From IMG/VR virus record IMGVR_UViG_3300033146_005170, positions 1 to 64,000 of that record: a stretch of 64,000 nucleotides of DNA; one strand, 5' to 3'. Origin of the DNA: a virus. The translations under genes and the position numbers were made by a program. Positions 30,200-38,907 of this stretch are shown in pieces. Each line of letters starts with the position of its first letter. The stretch's first letter is position 1. Below the pieces are notes generated by a model, which saw only the letters and a list, made by a program, of their open reading frames with translations, ran no database searches and was not told the DNA's origin.

Positions 30200-30697
30200 T
30201 TATACTTCCTCCTCTAGAACTACTTCATTAGCTTTTAAAGGTCTTGCAAAAGCCCAACGAGCACCAGCTATACCTTTATAGGCTGAAAACTTAGTATCAG
30301 ATATATAACCCTTAAATACAGTCGGTATCCAGTTGTCTGATTCATCATCTCTAACCATAATGACTTTATTAATATTAGAGTTATCTAAGTACCATTCAGG
30401 CTTTTCTCTATATTTATAACCTTGCATCCAAAGTTGATGACTGCTAGTTACTGGCATCCAATCTTCAGAATTTTCTAAAGCAATTTCTATAGACTTACCC
30501 AAAGCCTTAGCTTTGCGAGCCTCAAAAAACTCATCTTCAATAACATAGTAAGTTGGACTATCAAACATAATATTTATAGGTTGAGCTTTATCATATTTAA
30601 CCCAAATATTCTCAGCAGCGTTATACCACCATAGATTGCCATTATTGGCCCAATGCTTAAATATTGGCCAAAGTTGTTTAGCTCTTTCTTTTGTCAT
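30200..30697 (-). CDS. Hypothetical protein
   Basis: 165-aa Trp-rich ORF. Confidence 0.6.
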   Translation of the reverse strand: MTKERAKQLWPIFKHWANNGNLWWYNAAENIWVKYDKAQPINIMFDSPTYYVIEDEFFEARKAKALGKSIEIALENSEDWMPVTSSHQLWMQGYKYREKPEWYLDNSNINKVIMVRDDESDNWIPTVFKGYISDTKFSAYKGIAGARWAFARPLKANEVVLEEEV

Positions 30698-30960
30698 AAT
30701 AAGTCCTCCAATTTATTTTCATTACCTAACAGCTCTCTAATATCTTCTCTTAGTCTTTTTATAGTAGTAGAACCTTCTGCTACTAAAAGACAATGTGCAT
30801 AACCAATCCATCTGTTCATTTTAGCAATATCCCAAATAGATTTATTATTATAAAGGGTTATTAAGAGTTCATTAGCTTTACTGCAGTGTCTGTCTGAAAT
30901 AGACAAACTGTAGTCTAAAATAGCTAGAGTATCTGCTAGCTGTTTCTTTTTCTTTTTCAT
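30694..30960 (-). CDS. Hypothetical protein
   Basis: KMNRWIGY motif, resembling small phage proteins. Confidence 0.55.
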   Translation of the reverse strand: MKKKKKQLADTLAILDYSLSISDRHCSKANELLITLYNNKSIWDIAKMNRWIGYAHCLLVAEGSTTIKRLREDIRELLGNENKLEDLL

Positions 30961-31098
30961 TTTTCCATCCTTACTAGAATACCAAATCTAGAGTTAAAAA
31001 TTCTAGAAGCCTTTATATAACCAGCACGTTTCCAGAGTTCTCTGAAATAACAAACTGGACAACTTAGTTTATTAACCCTAGTAGGGGTTAAAATTACT

Positions 31099-31335
31099 TT
31101 AGGCATTGTTAAGTTTATAGCTATCTTCAGCTAGTAACCAAAGTCTATTTTCTGACATATAAGCTTCTTCTTTAGACTCATATTCTCTGCCAACTTTAGG
31201 TAGCTTCCAAGTTTTTGATTTTTTATCAAACCAAATTTCTTGATCGTCAATGCCATAGGCACCAACTTTGATATAGTCAATGCCATTGACATTGTAGTGC
31301 CAACTAGCATCCCCATGATAGTTTCTAAACTTCAC
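31099..31335 (-). CDS. Hypothetical protein
   Basis: GTG start with AAGGAG RBS. Confidence 0.55.
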   Translation of the reverse strand: MKFRNYHGDASWHYNVNGIDYIKVGAYGIDDQEIWFDKKSKTWKLPKVGREYESKEEAYMSENRLWLLAEDSYKLNNA

Positions 31336-31423
31336 TTTTTCTCCTTAGTAGATTGAGGTGAAGGAGTATTGTAGCATTCACTTTTTCTCCTTAGTAGATT
31401 AGGATGAAGGAATATTGTAGCAT
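31332..31423. repeat. 46-nt tandem duplication
   Basis: Two near-identical copies, 31332-31377 and 31378-31423. Confidence 0.9.
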
Positions 31424-31697
31424 CCATAAGTTCCCAAAATATTATAGCCTCAGGAATTACATCTAAAGCAACAAGTTCTAAATGGCTAAACAGTTGTTTT
31501 AATAGAGCTCTTCCATGCCCTTGTCTCATAGGTGAAATTAAGATATTATATATCCTAGCTTCACCATCTGAGATATAAAAGCATATTATTCCAATATCTA
31601 AGCCTTTATACAGAACTTGATATTCTTTTAACTCAGGCTTTTCTAAATCTTTACAAATAAAACTTAGCTTATAGGGCCGAGTAGCCATAGCTAGCAT
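31332..31697 (-). CDS. GNAT-like acetyltransferase
   Basis: IYNILISPMRQGHGRALLKQL (acetyl-CoA motif A); AIIFW. Confidence 0.65.
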   Translation of the reverse strand: MLAMATRPYKLSFICKDLEKPELKEYQVLYKGLDIGIICFYISDGEARIYNILISPMRQGHGRALLKQLFSHLELVALDVIPEAIIFWELMDATIFLHPNLLRRKSECYNTPSPQSTKEKK

Positions 31698-31899
31698 TTC
31701 TTACATTTTTCCAGAAATAGCTTCCAACACTGTCAGCATCTCTAAGACCCTCATAGACCTCAAATGGAACATCATAATACTCATATTCTTTACCACTTAC
31801 AAAGGTAATAAATAGAGAATTAGTTTGGCTATTGTAACCAATACTAGCTATATTGCTGCTTTCTACCTCAGTAGAATGATCCATACGTGGTTTTGACAT
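31669..31899 (-). CDS. KTSC-domain protein
   Basis: VESSNIASIGYN...LFITFVSGKEYEYYDVP..VYEGL..ADSVGSYF; AAGGAG before ATG 31899. Confidence 0.9.
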   Translation of the reverse strand: MSKPRMDHSTEVESSNIASIGYNSQTNSLFITFVSGKEYEYYDVPFEVYEGLRDADSVGSYFWKNVRNASYGYSAL

Positions 31900-31929
31900 T
31901 TTTAACTCCTTTAATATATATATACTATA

Positions 31930-31958
31930 ATTATATAATGAGTTTTTTAATGGGTTAT
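31930..31958 (-). promoter_or_regulatory. Promoter variant ATAAC-N18-TATAAT
   Basis: gaataac ccattaaaaaactcatta tataat. Confidence 0.6.
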
Positions 31959-32191
31959 TCGTAGTATCTTTTGACTTTAACTTGTAATTTTGAGATGGCA
32001 ATATCATAAACTCGCCATATTCTTTGTCGAGAGATTTGAAGAATTTCTGCTATTTCAGCTACATCATAAGGTCTGTCCTCTAGTTGTATATCTAGAGAAC
32101 ATTTACCTTTTTTATTTCTGTATTCGCAGAAGATTTTTTTGCAGTCTTTGGACGTGTCCGCATGCTCAGGGCATACATCCATAGGTTTCAT
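31955..32191 (-). CDS. Stand-alone sigma-70 region 4.2-like HTH protein with a Cys/His N-terminus
   Basis: RPYDVAEIAEILQISRQRIWRVYDIAISKL; C-x2-H...C-x4-C-x8-C. Confidence 0.8.
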   Translation of the reverse strand: MKPMDVCPEHADTSKDCKKIFCEYRNKKGKCSLDIQLEDRPYDVAEIAEILQISRQRIWRVYDIAISKLQVKVKRYYE

Positions 32192-32192
32192 A

Positions 32193-32438
32193 TTACTCTT
32201 CTTTAACTGGTTTAGTCATGAATTCAGTAAGTTTAACCAAACTGGCATCATCATTATCAACAGCGTAACGAAGCATAGTAAGAGTATCAGCAGCTTTAGC
32301 ACTGTTTAGATTAAATTCAGTAACAAGATCTGATACTAATAGTTTAATTGGTTCATTTGACTCATCTTGGCCGATTTCTACTAGAGCTGCTCCAGCCTTA
32401 GCAAGAGCCTCAACAAAATTTTTGTAAGCATCTATCAT
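32193..32438 (-). CDS. Hypothetical protein
   Basis: 81-aa ORF with RBS. Confidence 0.55.
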   Translation of the reverse strand: MIDAYKNFVEALAKAGAALVEIGQDESNEPIKLLVSDLVTEFNLNSAKAADTLTMLRYAVDNDDASLVKLTEFMTKPVKEE

Positions 32439-32447
32439 AATAATCCT

Positions 32448-33071
32448 TTAAGAAATAGTGACAGTTCTTTTTCTGCCATAATTGTAGTCTGCATCTCTAA
32501 GACATACAGAAATAATATCTCCTGGGCTAGGAGCAACAGAGTAAACGTGAGCAACATGAGGTGTTGAAGGAGTACCTAAATCTGTTTTTGTAGTTTCATT
32601 AAATACTACTGGCGTACCAGAGTTCCAATCAAGAGTAATATCAGTAGATGTTGAGGCCTCAATAATTGGTCTTGTTTGTTGCTGAATAAGATAGTCAATA
32701 TCTAGCTCAGTATCATCTTCAAATACGATAGTACTTGAAGTTACATTTTTAAAACCTAGAGCTTCAAAGTACAGTCTGTAGTTATTCTTAATTAGAATGT
32801 GATCTGCTTGCTCTTTAAAAAGTCCTGCATCAAAAATAATTGGTAAATTTGAAGTTTTTAAATCAATATTACCATTACCTTGATCATCTAGTAACTTACC
32901 AATTCTAGATAATGCGGCTAGATTTAGATAGAATTCATTTACTCCTCCTGAGCCATCGTCTGTACCTATTGTTAGCCAATTACCAGCAAGAGCTACCTCT
33001 CTTGCTACTACTGGATCTGCATATATAGTTGAGAAAATATCTCCACGAAGAAGTATTCCTGTTTGTGCCAT
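32448..33071 (-). CDS. Hypothetical protein, possibly virion-associated
   Basis: N-terminus ILLRGD...ADPVVAREVAL resembles a fibre-attachment motif; AAGGA before ATG 33071. Confidence 0.45.
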   Translation of the reverse strand: MAQTGILLRGDIFSTIYADPVVAREVALAGNWLTIGTDDGSGGVNEFYLNLAALSRIGKLLDDQGNGNIDLKTSNLPIIFDAGLFKEQADHILIKNNYRLYFEALGFKNVTSSTIVFEDDTELDIDYLIQQQTRPIIEASTSTDITLDWNSGTPVVFNETTKTDLGTPSTPHVAHVYSVAPSPGDIISVCLRDADYNYGRKRTVTIS

Positions 33072-33092
33072 TTTTTGTCCTTTCAAATTTAA

Positions 33093-33968
33093 TTATACCT
33101 TAGGTAAACTATCAAGCTGTACGTATTTATTATGTTCTCTATAGACCATTAAAGTTCGAACAGTGATTTTATCTATAGGTTTATAGCTTAAAATTCTATA
33201 TTTTGAAGCTGCTTGGTACTCTAAAGTACACCAATAAAAGTCACCTTGGATATTGAGAACTCCTTTTAGCTGGAATTCTTCTCTGTTTAACTCTATAAAA
33301 TCAAAGTTATTGGTGAACTCAATGTCATCATCTGGACCATAGGTATCATAAGGACCATTAGGTTCATAAATTATATATTCTGGCTTGGATATATAAGGTC
33401 TACCATCTGATATTCTATAAAAATAAGTTCCTACTCTTTTACTAGCAAGAACTAAAGGTTTTACTTGTATATAATCTTTTGTATAGTATCCAGATGGTAA
33501 TTTCCACAGTGGTGGACCTTTCAAGACATAACATTCTTCTGGAGTATAAATTTCAAGAGTGGAATCTTGAGGATCAAGTATTGTATCATTATAAGGAACT
33601 GATGGCCTAGAAGGTATTGAATAGTTCATAAATGGCGAGACTTCAGACCAGTTCCAAGGTTTTGTATTAAAGCATAGAACATATAGCTTAGTAGCATCCA
33701 TTTTCATACAAGGAGAAGTGCTAAATACATTACCTATAAGATTAATATTAAGTTCTAAGGGCTTTGCAGGGACATTGCCATCAGCATTGGTAATGACATT
33801 GACATTGCCATTGAAAGTGGCGATTCCTAAGCCTAAAGGTACATTAAATTTAGGAATAGCTTGTGAAGCTACAGTTTGATCCTCAAAAACTATTGTTTCT
33901 TCTATATATGAGCGTTGCTGGTCCCATAAATCAGCATTACCATCCCATAGACCTAGATTACCATCCAT
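33093..33968 (-). CDS. Hypothetical protein
   Basis: 291-aa ORF with AAGGAG RBS. Confidence 0.6.
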   Translation of the reverse strand: MDGNLGLWDGNADLWDQQRSYIEETIVFEDQTVASQAIPKFNVPLGLGIATFNGNVNVITNADGNVPAKPLELNINLIGNVFSTSPCMKMDATKLYVLCFNTKPWNWSEVSPFMNYSIPSRPSVPYNDTILDPQDSTLEIYTPEECYVLKGPPLWKLPSGYYTKDYIQVKPLVLASKRVGTYFYRISDGRPYISKPEYIIYEPNGPYDTYGPDDDIEFTNNFDFIELNREEFQLKGVLNIQGDFYWCTLEYQAASKYRILSYKPIDKITVRTLMVYREHNKYVQLDSLPKV

Positions 33969-33979
33969 TTATGTACTCC

Positions 33980-35347
33980 TTAGAGATCATCTATATTGTT
34001 TAATAAATTTTCAATATCTTCTGGGTAATCCTCGACTTCACTTATAAAATCATCTTCAAATTCACTTACTAACTGCCAATCCTCTTCGGTTTTCGGATAT
34101 TCATACTTAGAAAGTTTGTCAAAGAAAACTATAGGCTTTGGTTTCTGGTATTTGCGTCTATACTTTAAGAACTCAAAATAAACATTTTTCGTAATTCTAG
34201 TGCTTAAATTTTTATAGTTCTTAAGCCAATGTAGCAGAGTATATTCATTAAAATGGGACTTAACAAAACCTCTTGGCAAAGGCAAATATGATAGCCATTG
34301 TGGCCACAAGCATACTGTCTTAGTAGCATTATCAATAACCCAGTCACCATGCAATAAAGGTGTCAGATTAGTAGCCAAAACGGCCTCAACTTTAAAAAGT
34401 CTAGAAAAATAAACTGGTACATATCGAATACGGCCAGCCTCTGTATCTACATAATATGGCTTATTAAGTTTAGGGATAAAGTTAAATCTCTTAACGGTAG
34501 GTTGATAATCACCATATCTTATAGTACCCTTAGCCGGACCAAAATCTTTAAGATAGCCTTTATATTTATAGCTTGAGTCATCCCAAAAGAAATAAACAAA
34601 GGAACTATCTACAGTGGTTAGTTTTTCTTCTCCATAGAGTTCTTTTCTAATTTGTATTAATATATTATTGATAGTTTTTTGAGACTTATTGAATTTATTT
34701 AACGTTTGTTCTAGTTGAGTAAATAGAGGTTTTTCTTCTTCGGGTATCTCTTTTAACTGAACTATTTTTCTTTTAACTTGATCCATTGTCCAAGAATAGT
34801 TTTCTCCGCCATCCCAACTAGAATTAACTTCAACAGTTGGTGCTGAATCTAGAGCCTCAGCATAAAAGATAAGTATTTCTTTGGCTTTTTTTAAGCCATT
34901 TTTAATGTTCTTTTCTGAATAGTTAGGAATTCTAGTTCTATAAATTCTTGATGACCAAAGAGAGAGCAGTAGGAGATAATAAGGATTGCTATAATACTCT
35001 AAAGCTTTTTCTTTTATAGTATTATAAGTTATATCTTGTAAATCACCTAAAGATAAATAGGTATTTGCCCACTTTGCAAGAATAAATTCTTTTTTTGGGT
35101 TTAAATTCCTATTATTAGTTCCTCCTAAATCTAGATCTTCTGCAGTTAGGCCTTCCTTTATTGCTGCTTCTCGCAGTGTTTTTATTCTAGACTCTACTAC
35201 ACCTAAATCTAGGTTTTCAAAAGTGAGGTTTTTAAGAATTAATATTATATCCTCTCTATATCTATAACCTAAAGAGAATAGTAGTTTTTGTCTTTTTGCT
35301 TTACTTTGTCTAAAAAAAGTGGTAGTGGACTGGTTATGTTTGGACAT
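33980..35347 (-). CDS. Hypothetical protein adjacent to the repeat region
   Basis: 455-aa ORF, AGGAG RBS, upstream promoter. Confidence 0.6.
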   Translation of the reverse strand: MSKHNQSTTTFFRQSKAKRQKLLFSLGYRYREDIILILKNLTFENLDLGVVESRIKTLREAAIKEGLTAEDLDLGGTNNRNLNPKKEFILAKWANTYLSLGDLQDITYNTIKEKALEYYSNPYYLLLLSLWSSRIYRTRIPNYSEKNIKNGLKKAKEILIFYAEALDSAPTVEVNSSWDGGENYSWTMDQVKRKIVQLKEIPEEEKPLFTQLEQTLNKFNKSQKTINNILIQIRKELYGEEKLTTVDSSFVYFFWDDSSYKYKGYLKDFGPAKGTIRYGDYQPTVKRFNFIPKLNKPYYVDTEAGRIRYVPVYFSRLFKVEAVLATNLTPLLHGDWVIDNATKTVCLWPQWLSYLPLPRGFVKSHFNEYTLLHWLKNYKNLSTRITKNVYFEFLKYRRKYQKPKPIVFFDKLSKYEYPKTEEDWQLVSEFEDDFISEVEDYPEDIENLLNNIDDL

Positions 35348-35399
35348 TGGATATGCTCCTAGTATTGTATTTTAATATTATATTATACTATAATATTAT

Positions 35400-35428
35400 A
35401 TTATACTATAAGATGTTTTATTGGGTAC
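35400..35428 (-). promoter_or_regulatory. Promoter variant GTACC-N18-TATAAT
   Basis: gagtacc caataaaacatcttatag tataat. Confidence 0.55.
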
Positions 35429-35479
35429 TCGGTACTAAATATGGGTATTTGGTATTAGGCTGTTTACTTATGGAGACTT

Positions 35480-35514
35480 GCCTAGCGATAGGCGCCTAGC
35501 GCCTAGTGCCTAGC
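35480..35514. repeat. GCCTAGY heptamer array
   Basis: gcctagc gataggc gcctagc gcctagt gcctagc. Confidence 0.8.
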
Positions 35515-35519
35515 GCTTG

Positions 35520-35689
35520 TTGCAATACTTTTAAGGGGATCTGTTATTGCAGTACTTTTAAGGGATTTGCCATTGCAGTATTTTTAGGAAGATTTGCCAT
35601 TGCAGTATTTTTAGGAAGATTTGCTATTGCAGTATTTTTAGGAAGATTTGCCATTGCTATTGCCATTGCCATTGCCATTGCCATTGCAG
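35520..35689. repeat. Five 26-27-nt tandem repeats followed by a TTGCYA hexamer run
   Basis: Consensus TTGCAGTATTTTTAGGAAGATTTGCCA at 35520-35653; then TTGCTA, (TTGCCA)x4, TTGCAG. Confidence 0.92.
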
Positions 35690-35770
35690 TGTTTTATTTA
35701 GGGAAAACATACGATGTTTTGATAAATTGATTCATTTTAAATAGTCAAAAAAAATAAAATTAAAAGTCCA

Positions 35771-35945
35771 TTGACACATGCGAATATGTTCGATAAAAAA
35801 TTTTTTTGCGTTTTTTAAAAATTGTTTATTTTTTAAGCAGGTTTTATCTATACTTGTTACTTACAGTGACGTTAAGTGAGCCAGTAAGTTTAAATGAAAA
35901 TTAAACTGCAAAAAAATAAAATGTTTCGATATCCGCGTGTGTCAA
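35771..35945. repeat. Imperfect inverted repeat in the AT-rich core
   Basis: TTGACACATGCGAATAT (35771-35787) vs ATATCCGCGTGTGTCAA (35929-35945); inner TTTTTTTGC/GCAAAAAAA. Confidence 0.75.
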
Positions 35946-36071
35946 CCGCACTTTTTTTTTATTATTTTTATATATTTAATTATAATCTTTATTATATTAT
36001 ATATATATTATATAAACACCACTGCAGAGGCATAGTTATTATTAGTAAAAAAGCTCACTGTGAATAAAGTG

Positions 36072-36107
36072 CTGCAATGTCAATGGCAATAGCAATAGCA
36101 ATGGCAT
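36072..36107. repeat. Inverted copy of the TTGCYA hexamer run
   Basis: ctgcaa tgtcaa tggcaa tagcaa tagcaa tggcat. Confidence 0.75.
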
Positions 36108-36280
36108 CTAGTATCTCATTTTAGAATTTCAAATGAGCTTGAATCATTATGGATCCCCAGAAACAGAGCAATTTTTCCTGTCTAAGGAGAAGAATTTTTT
36201 CCATAATCAAAAAACAATATTGCGTTGTTGACGTAGATATAGCGAGTATCACTATAAAAATAGCTATAAAAAATAGTTAT

Positions 36281-36379
36281 ATTTAGAATAGTATACTTGA
36301 GTTTAAATTGGGGGTTTTGAATATCATACTTAAGGGGATTTAGAATAGTATACTTGAGTTTAAACTGGGGGTTTTGAAT
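36281..36379. repeat. 42-nt direct repeat x2
   Basis: ATTTAGAATAGTATACTTGAGTTTAAAYTGGGGGTTTTGAAT at 36281-36322 and 36338-36379. Confidence 0.92.
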
Positions 36380-36546
36380 TGTTTTATTTTTGCCTATTTA
36401 GTGATTCTATAGATTTATAAAGAATAAAAAAAGGACGACTGTTCAGTCGTCCATCTTGAATATGGCGAGTATTAGATACCTTAGGTTTATTATTCCGTAG
36501 ATTAAGGCCACCACCACAAGAAGGGCGGAGGCGAAGATTAGCCCGC

Positions 36547-36888
36547 TCATGAGGAGATTCTAATTCTTCTTGGAAGCTCCCATTCTTCCTTTTTCTTAGA
36601 GACATAGGATGCGATACTCTTACTTGTGGTTTTTGCTTCAGGCATAATTTGTCTGATGGCCTCGGCAATCATTCCGTAGTCCGCGGCGATAAACTTCTCG
36701 TCTTTGAGAATTGCCTTTGCCAATTCCTGAACAGTTCCGGACTTATTCGTCTCCAGTTCAATGATTTTAGCGACCAACTCTTCTTTGGTGGACTTCATAA
36801 GTTCTTCCTTACGGGCCTCTGGGTTGTCAAGGTCTACGCCCTGATACTTTTCTACGATGTCTTCTACAGTTGGGATTGTGATAGTCAT
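36547..36888 (-). CDS. Putative DNA-binding protein, paralogue of 27970-28485
   Basis: LKDE...DYGMIAEAI...TTSKSIASY; AAGGAG RBS. Confidence 0.6.
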   Translation of the reverse strand: MTITIPTVEDIVEKYQGVDLDNPEARKEELMKSTKEELVAKIIELETNKSGTVQELAKAILKDEKFIAADYGMIAEAIRQIMPEAKTTSKSIASYVSKKKEEWELPRRIRISS

Positions 36889-36955
36889 AATTGACTCCTT
36901 TTATATTTAGTACAGTCTGTTATAAAAATAACACCTCTTGCTTTGATACATTATA

Positions 36956-36994
36956 ATTATAACGTAAGCTTCACTATGTGTTACACATAGTGAA
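36956..36994 (-). promoter_or_regulatory. Promoter GTAAC-N18-TATAAT overlapped by a palindrome
   Basis: gtgtaac acatagtgaagcttacgt tataat; TTCACTATGTG-TTA-CACATAGTGAA at 36970-36994. Confidence 0.72.
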
Positions 36995-37002
36995 ACACAC
37001 GA

Positions 37003-37287
37003 TTATTTCGACCAGTTAAAATCCGCCCCGGAATTCCAAAGCTCGAAATAAATACTGTCCAAATCGATGTTAAATCGTTTTGCCAATACCGGTAGGAAAT
37101 CGTACCAGAAATACACGCCGCTTTCCGGCTTCAGTTCATCGAATATTGTTATCCCGACACAATAGAATCCGCTTTTGTGTTCCTCGATATTCAAGTCCAT
37201 CAGTATAGATGAAATTTTTCCCTTGCCCATTTTGAATTGGACGTCTGTTGTTTCGTATTCCATTTCGAATGGCACTGTCATTGTCAT
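37003..37287 (-). CDS. Hypothetical early protein
   Basis: AAGGAG RBS and promoter upstream. Confidence 0.6.
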   Translation of the reverse strand: MTMTVPFEMEYETTDVQFKMGKGKISSILMDLNIEEHKSGFYCVGITIFDELKPESGVYFWYDFLPVLAKRFNIDLDSIYFELWNSGADFNWSK

Positions 37288-37313
37288 TTCTAACTCCTTT
37301 TTTGATATATCAT

Positions 37314-37342
37314 ATTATAACACGAGTTTTATTAAAGGTTAC
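37314..37342 (-). promoter_or_regulatory. Promoter GTAAC-N18-TATAAT
   Basis: aggtaac ctttaataaaactcgtgt tataat. Confidence 0.7.
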
Positions 37343-37358
37343 CTATGGGATTTTACCG

Positions 37359-37451
37359 ATGCCCCTGGGATTGCCCTTGCCCAATACAAAAGGGGTTGCC
37401 ATAGGTATTTACTAAATGCCTATGGGATTGCCATTGCCCAGTACAAAAGGG
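37359..37451. repeat. ~36-nt imperfect direct repeat x2 containing TTGCC
   Basis: ATGCCnnTGGGATTGCCmTTGCCCArTACAAAAGGG at about 37359 and 37416. Confidence 0.8.
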
Positions 37452-37610
37452 ATATTGGAGGAGAAAAGCAGAATTTCCCTTATGTCTTAAACTTATTAGG
37501 GAAAATAAAGCTAGATGCGATAATATTACTAAATTATTTCATTAAGCTTTAAATTATATAAAAAGTATCCCAGAATTGCACTGGATTTGCTAAAAAATGT
37601 AGCAAATTTG

Positions 37611-37880
37611 CTACATTTTCTTTATTTCTTCTAAGAAATCTTCAGTAAATGCACTATTTGGTGCATCTGACTGCATCTTCTTTAAGAAAATAGCTGTTTT
37701 ATACTTAAAAATCTCCATTTTTACCTTAGAAATTTCCAGTTTTCCTTGAGCTATATAGTCTATTGTGGCTACTATTTCACCTAATAGAATATGTGCCTCT
37801 CTTAAGTTATCACTGCTTTCTAGCTCAATATCAGCTAAAATTTTAGCTAAGATCAGCAACTTATTGTAATAATTCATCAT
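37611..37880 (-). CDS. Hypothetical early protein
   Basis: AAGGAG RBS. Confidence 0.6.
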   Translation of the reverse strand: MMNYYNKLLILAKILADIELESSDNLREAHILLGEIVATIDYIAQGKLEISKVKMEIFKYKTAIFLKKMQSDAPNSAFTEDFLEEIKKM

Positions 37881-37912
37881 CTATCTCCTTTAGATAGTAA
37901 TGGCCTAAGCCA

Positions 37913-38383
37913 TTACTTATATTGAGGGTAAAAACCCTCTAGCCAGAGTCTATATTTTAGGTCATCTTCATCAATTGAAGCTACTTTACTGAGCTTTGGA
38001 ATATAGTCAAACCAAAAGTCAAACCAAAAGTCTTCATAGTTATCGAAACCTAAGTCATGCTTTATAGGATTTTTAGCTTTTTCTAAAGTAACCCCCATAA
38101 ATTTATGGCTTTTATTGCCCCAAGTAGCCTCTAGATTAAACAAAGGGCCTTTAAGATTCAAGTACATAACCTGGTCATAGTATTCTCCGGCGGTGTAAGT
38201 CCAACTGTGAAGCCACTCTTCTTCATAAGTCCAGCTTCTGGGTTGTGGGGTATAGTTAAGAGATTGCAAAACACCATCTCTTACTAGTAATGAGCCTTCA
38301 AAAGTGAGAAAAGATCCCGGAGGAAGCTCCGTCATGATCTCTTCGTACATGTAGCTTTCGCTTTTTGGGATGTAAAGTTCCAT
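37913..38383 (-). CDS. Hypothetical early protein
   Basis: AAGGAG RBS. Confidence 0.6.
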   Translation of the reverse strand: MELYIPKSESYMYEEIMTELPPGSFLTFEGSLLVRDGVLQSLNYTPQPRSWTYEEEWLHSWTYTAGEYYDQVMYLNLKGPLFNLEATWGNKSHKFMGVTLEKAKNPIKHDLGFDNYEDFWFDFWFDYIPKLSKVASIDEDDLKYRLWLEGFYPQYK

Positions 38384-38418
38384 TTACGTCTCCTTAAGTT
38401 TGATTTGGTGTTGCCACC

Positions 38419-38907
38419 TCAATGACCTCGAAGAGAGGCCATCAAGCTAGTAATTTTACCTGACAAACAGCCATTTGCATAGTCTCTTATTTTGGGGTAT
38501 CTAACCCCATAAGATCTGATTGCTTTTCTAAGAAAATCCTGGCTATTTTCCCTAGCCACCATTATTCTTATTAAGCCCTTGTAATCTCCTTTGGCTTTCA
38601 TATCCAGTAATTCTCTAAAAGCCATAACACTGTTCTCTTCCGGCTCTAGAGTACTAAGAATATAAATTATAGCATGATCTGCTATGGCTGGTTCTTTTAT
38701 TACCCTTTCTAATAGGTCTGCTCTATATTCTTTGATTTCTGCTTTTGTCGGGTTTAGCTTAACCGCATACCCTCTAAAAGAATCTTTGAAACTCTTTAAA
38801 TCTAGAGTAAAACCAGCAGGCACAATTGCCTGCTTTAGAATGTGTAATCTTGACAACTCATTTTTACATGTTGCCACTTCCCCATCGGGGAACAGTATCT
38901 TTACCAT
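38419..38907 (-). CDS. Hypothetical early protein
   Basis: AAGGAG RBS. Confidence 0.6.
   Translation of the reverse strand: MVKILFPDGEVATCKNELSRLHILKQAIVPAGFTLDLKSFKDSFRGYAVKLNPTKAEIKEYRADLLERVIKEPAIADHAIIYILSTLEPEENSVMAFRELLDMKAKGDYKGLIRIMVARENSQDFLRKAIRSYGVRYPKIRDYANGCLSGKITSLMASLRGH

Noticed and set aside
35520-35689. CRISPR array, or the 74-aa ORF 35506-35730
   Set aside because: Units are contiguous with no unique spacers and no cas genes; the ORF is just a translation of the repeat
35771-35800. Canonical sigma-70 promoter at TTGACA 35771
   Set aside because: The -10 at 17 nt is TAAAAA, no + strand gene follows, and the site is one arm of an inverted repeat
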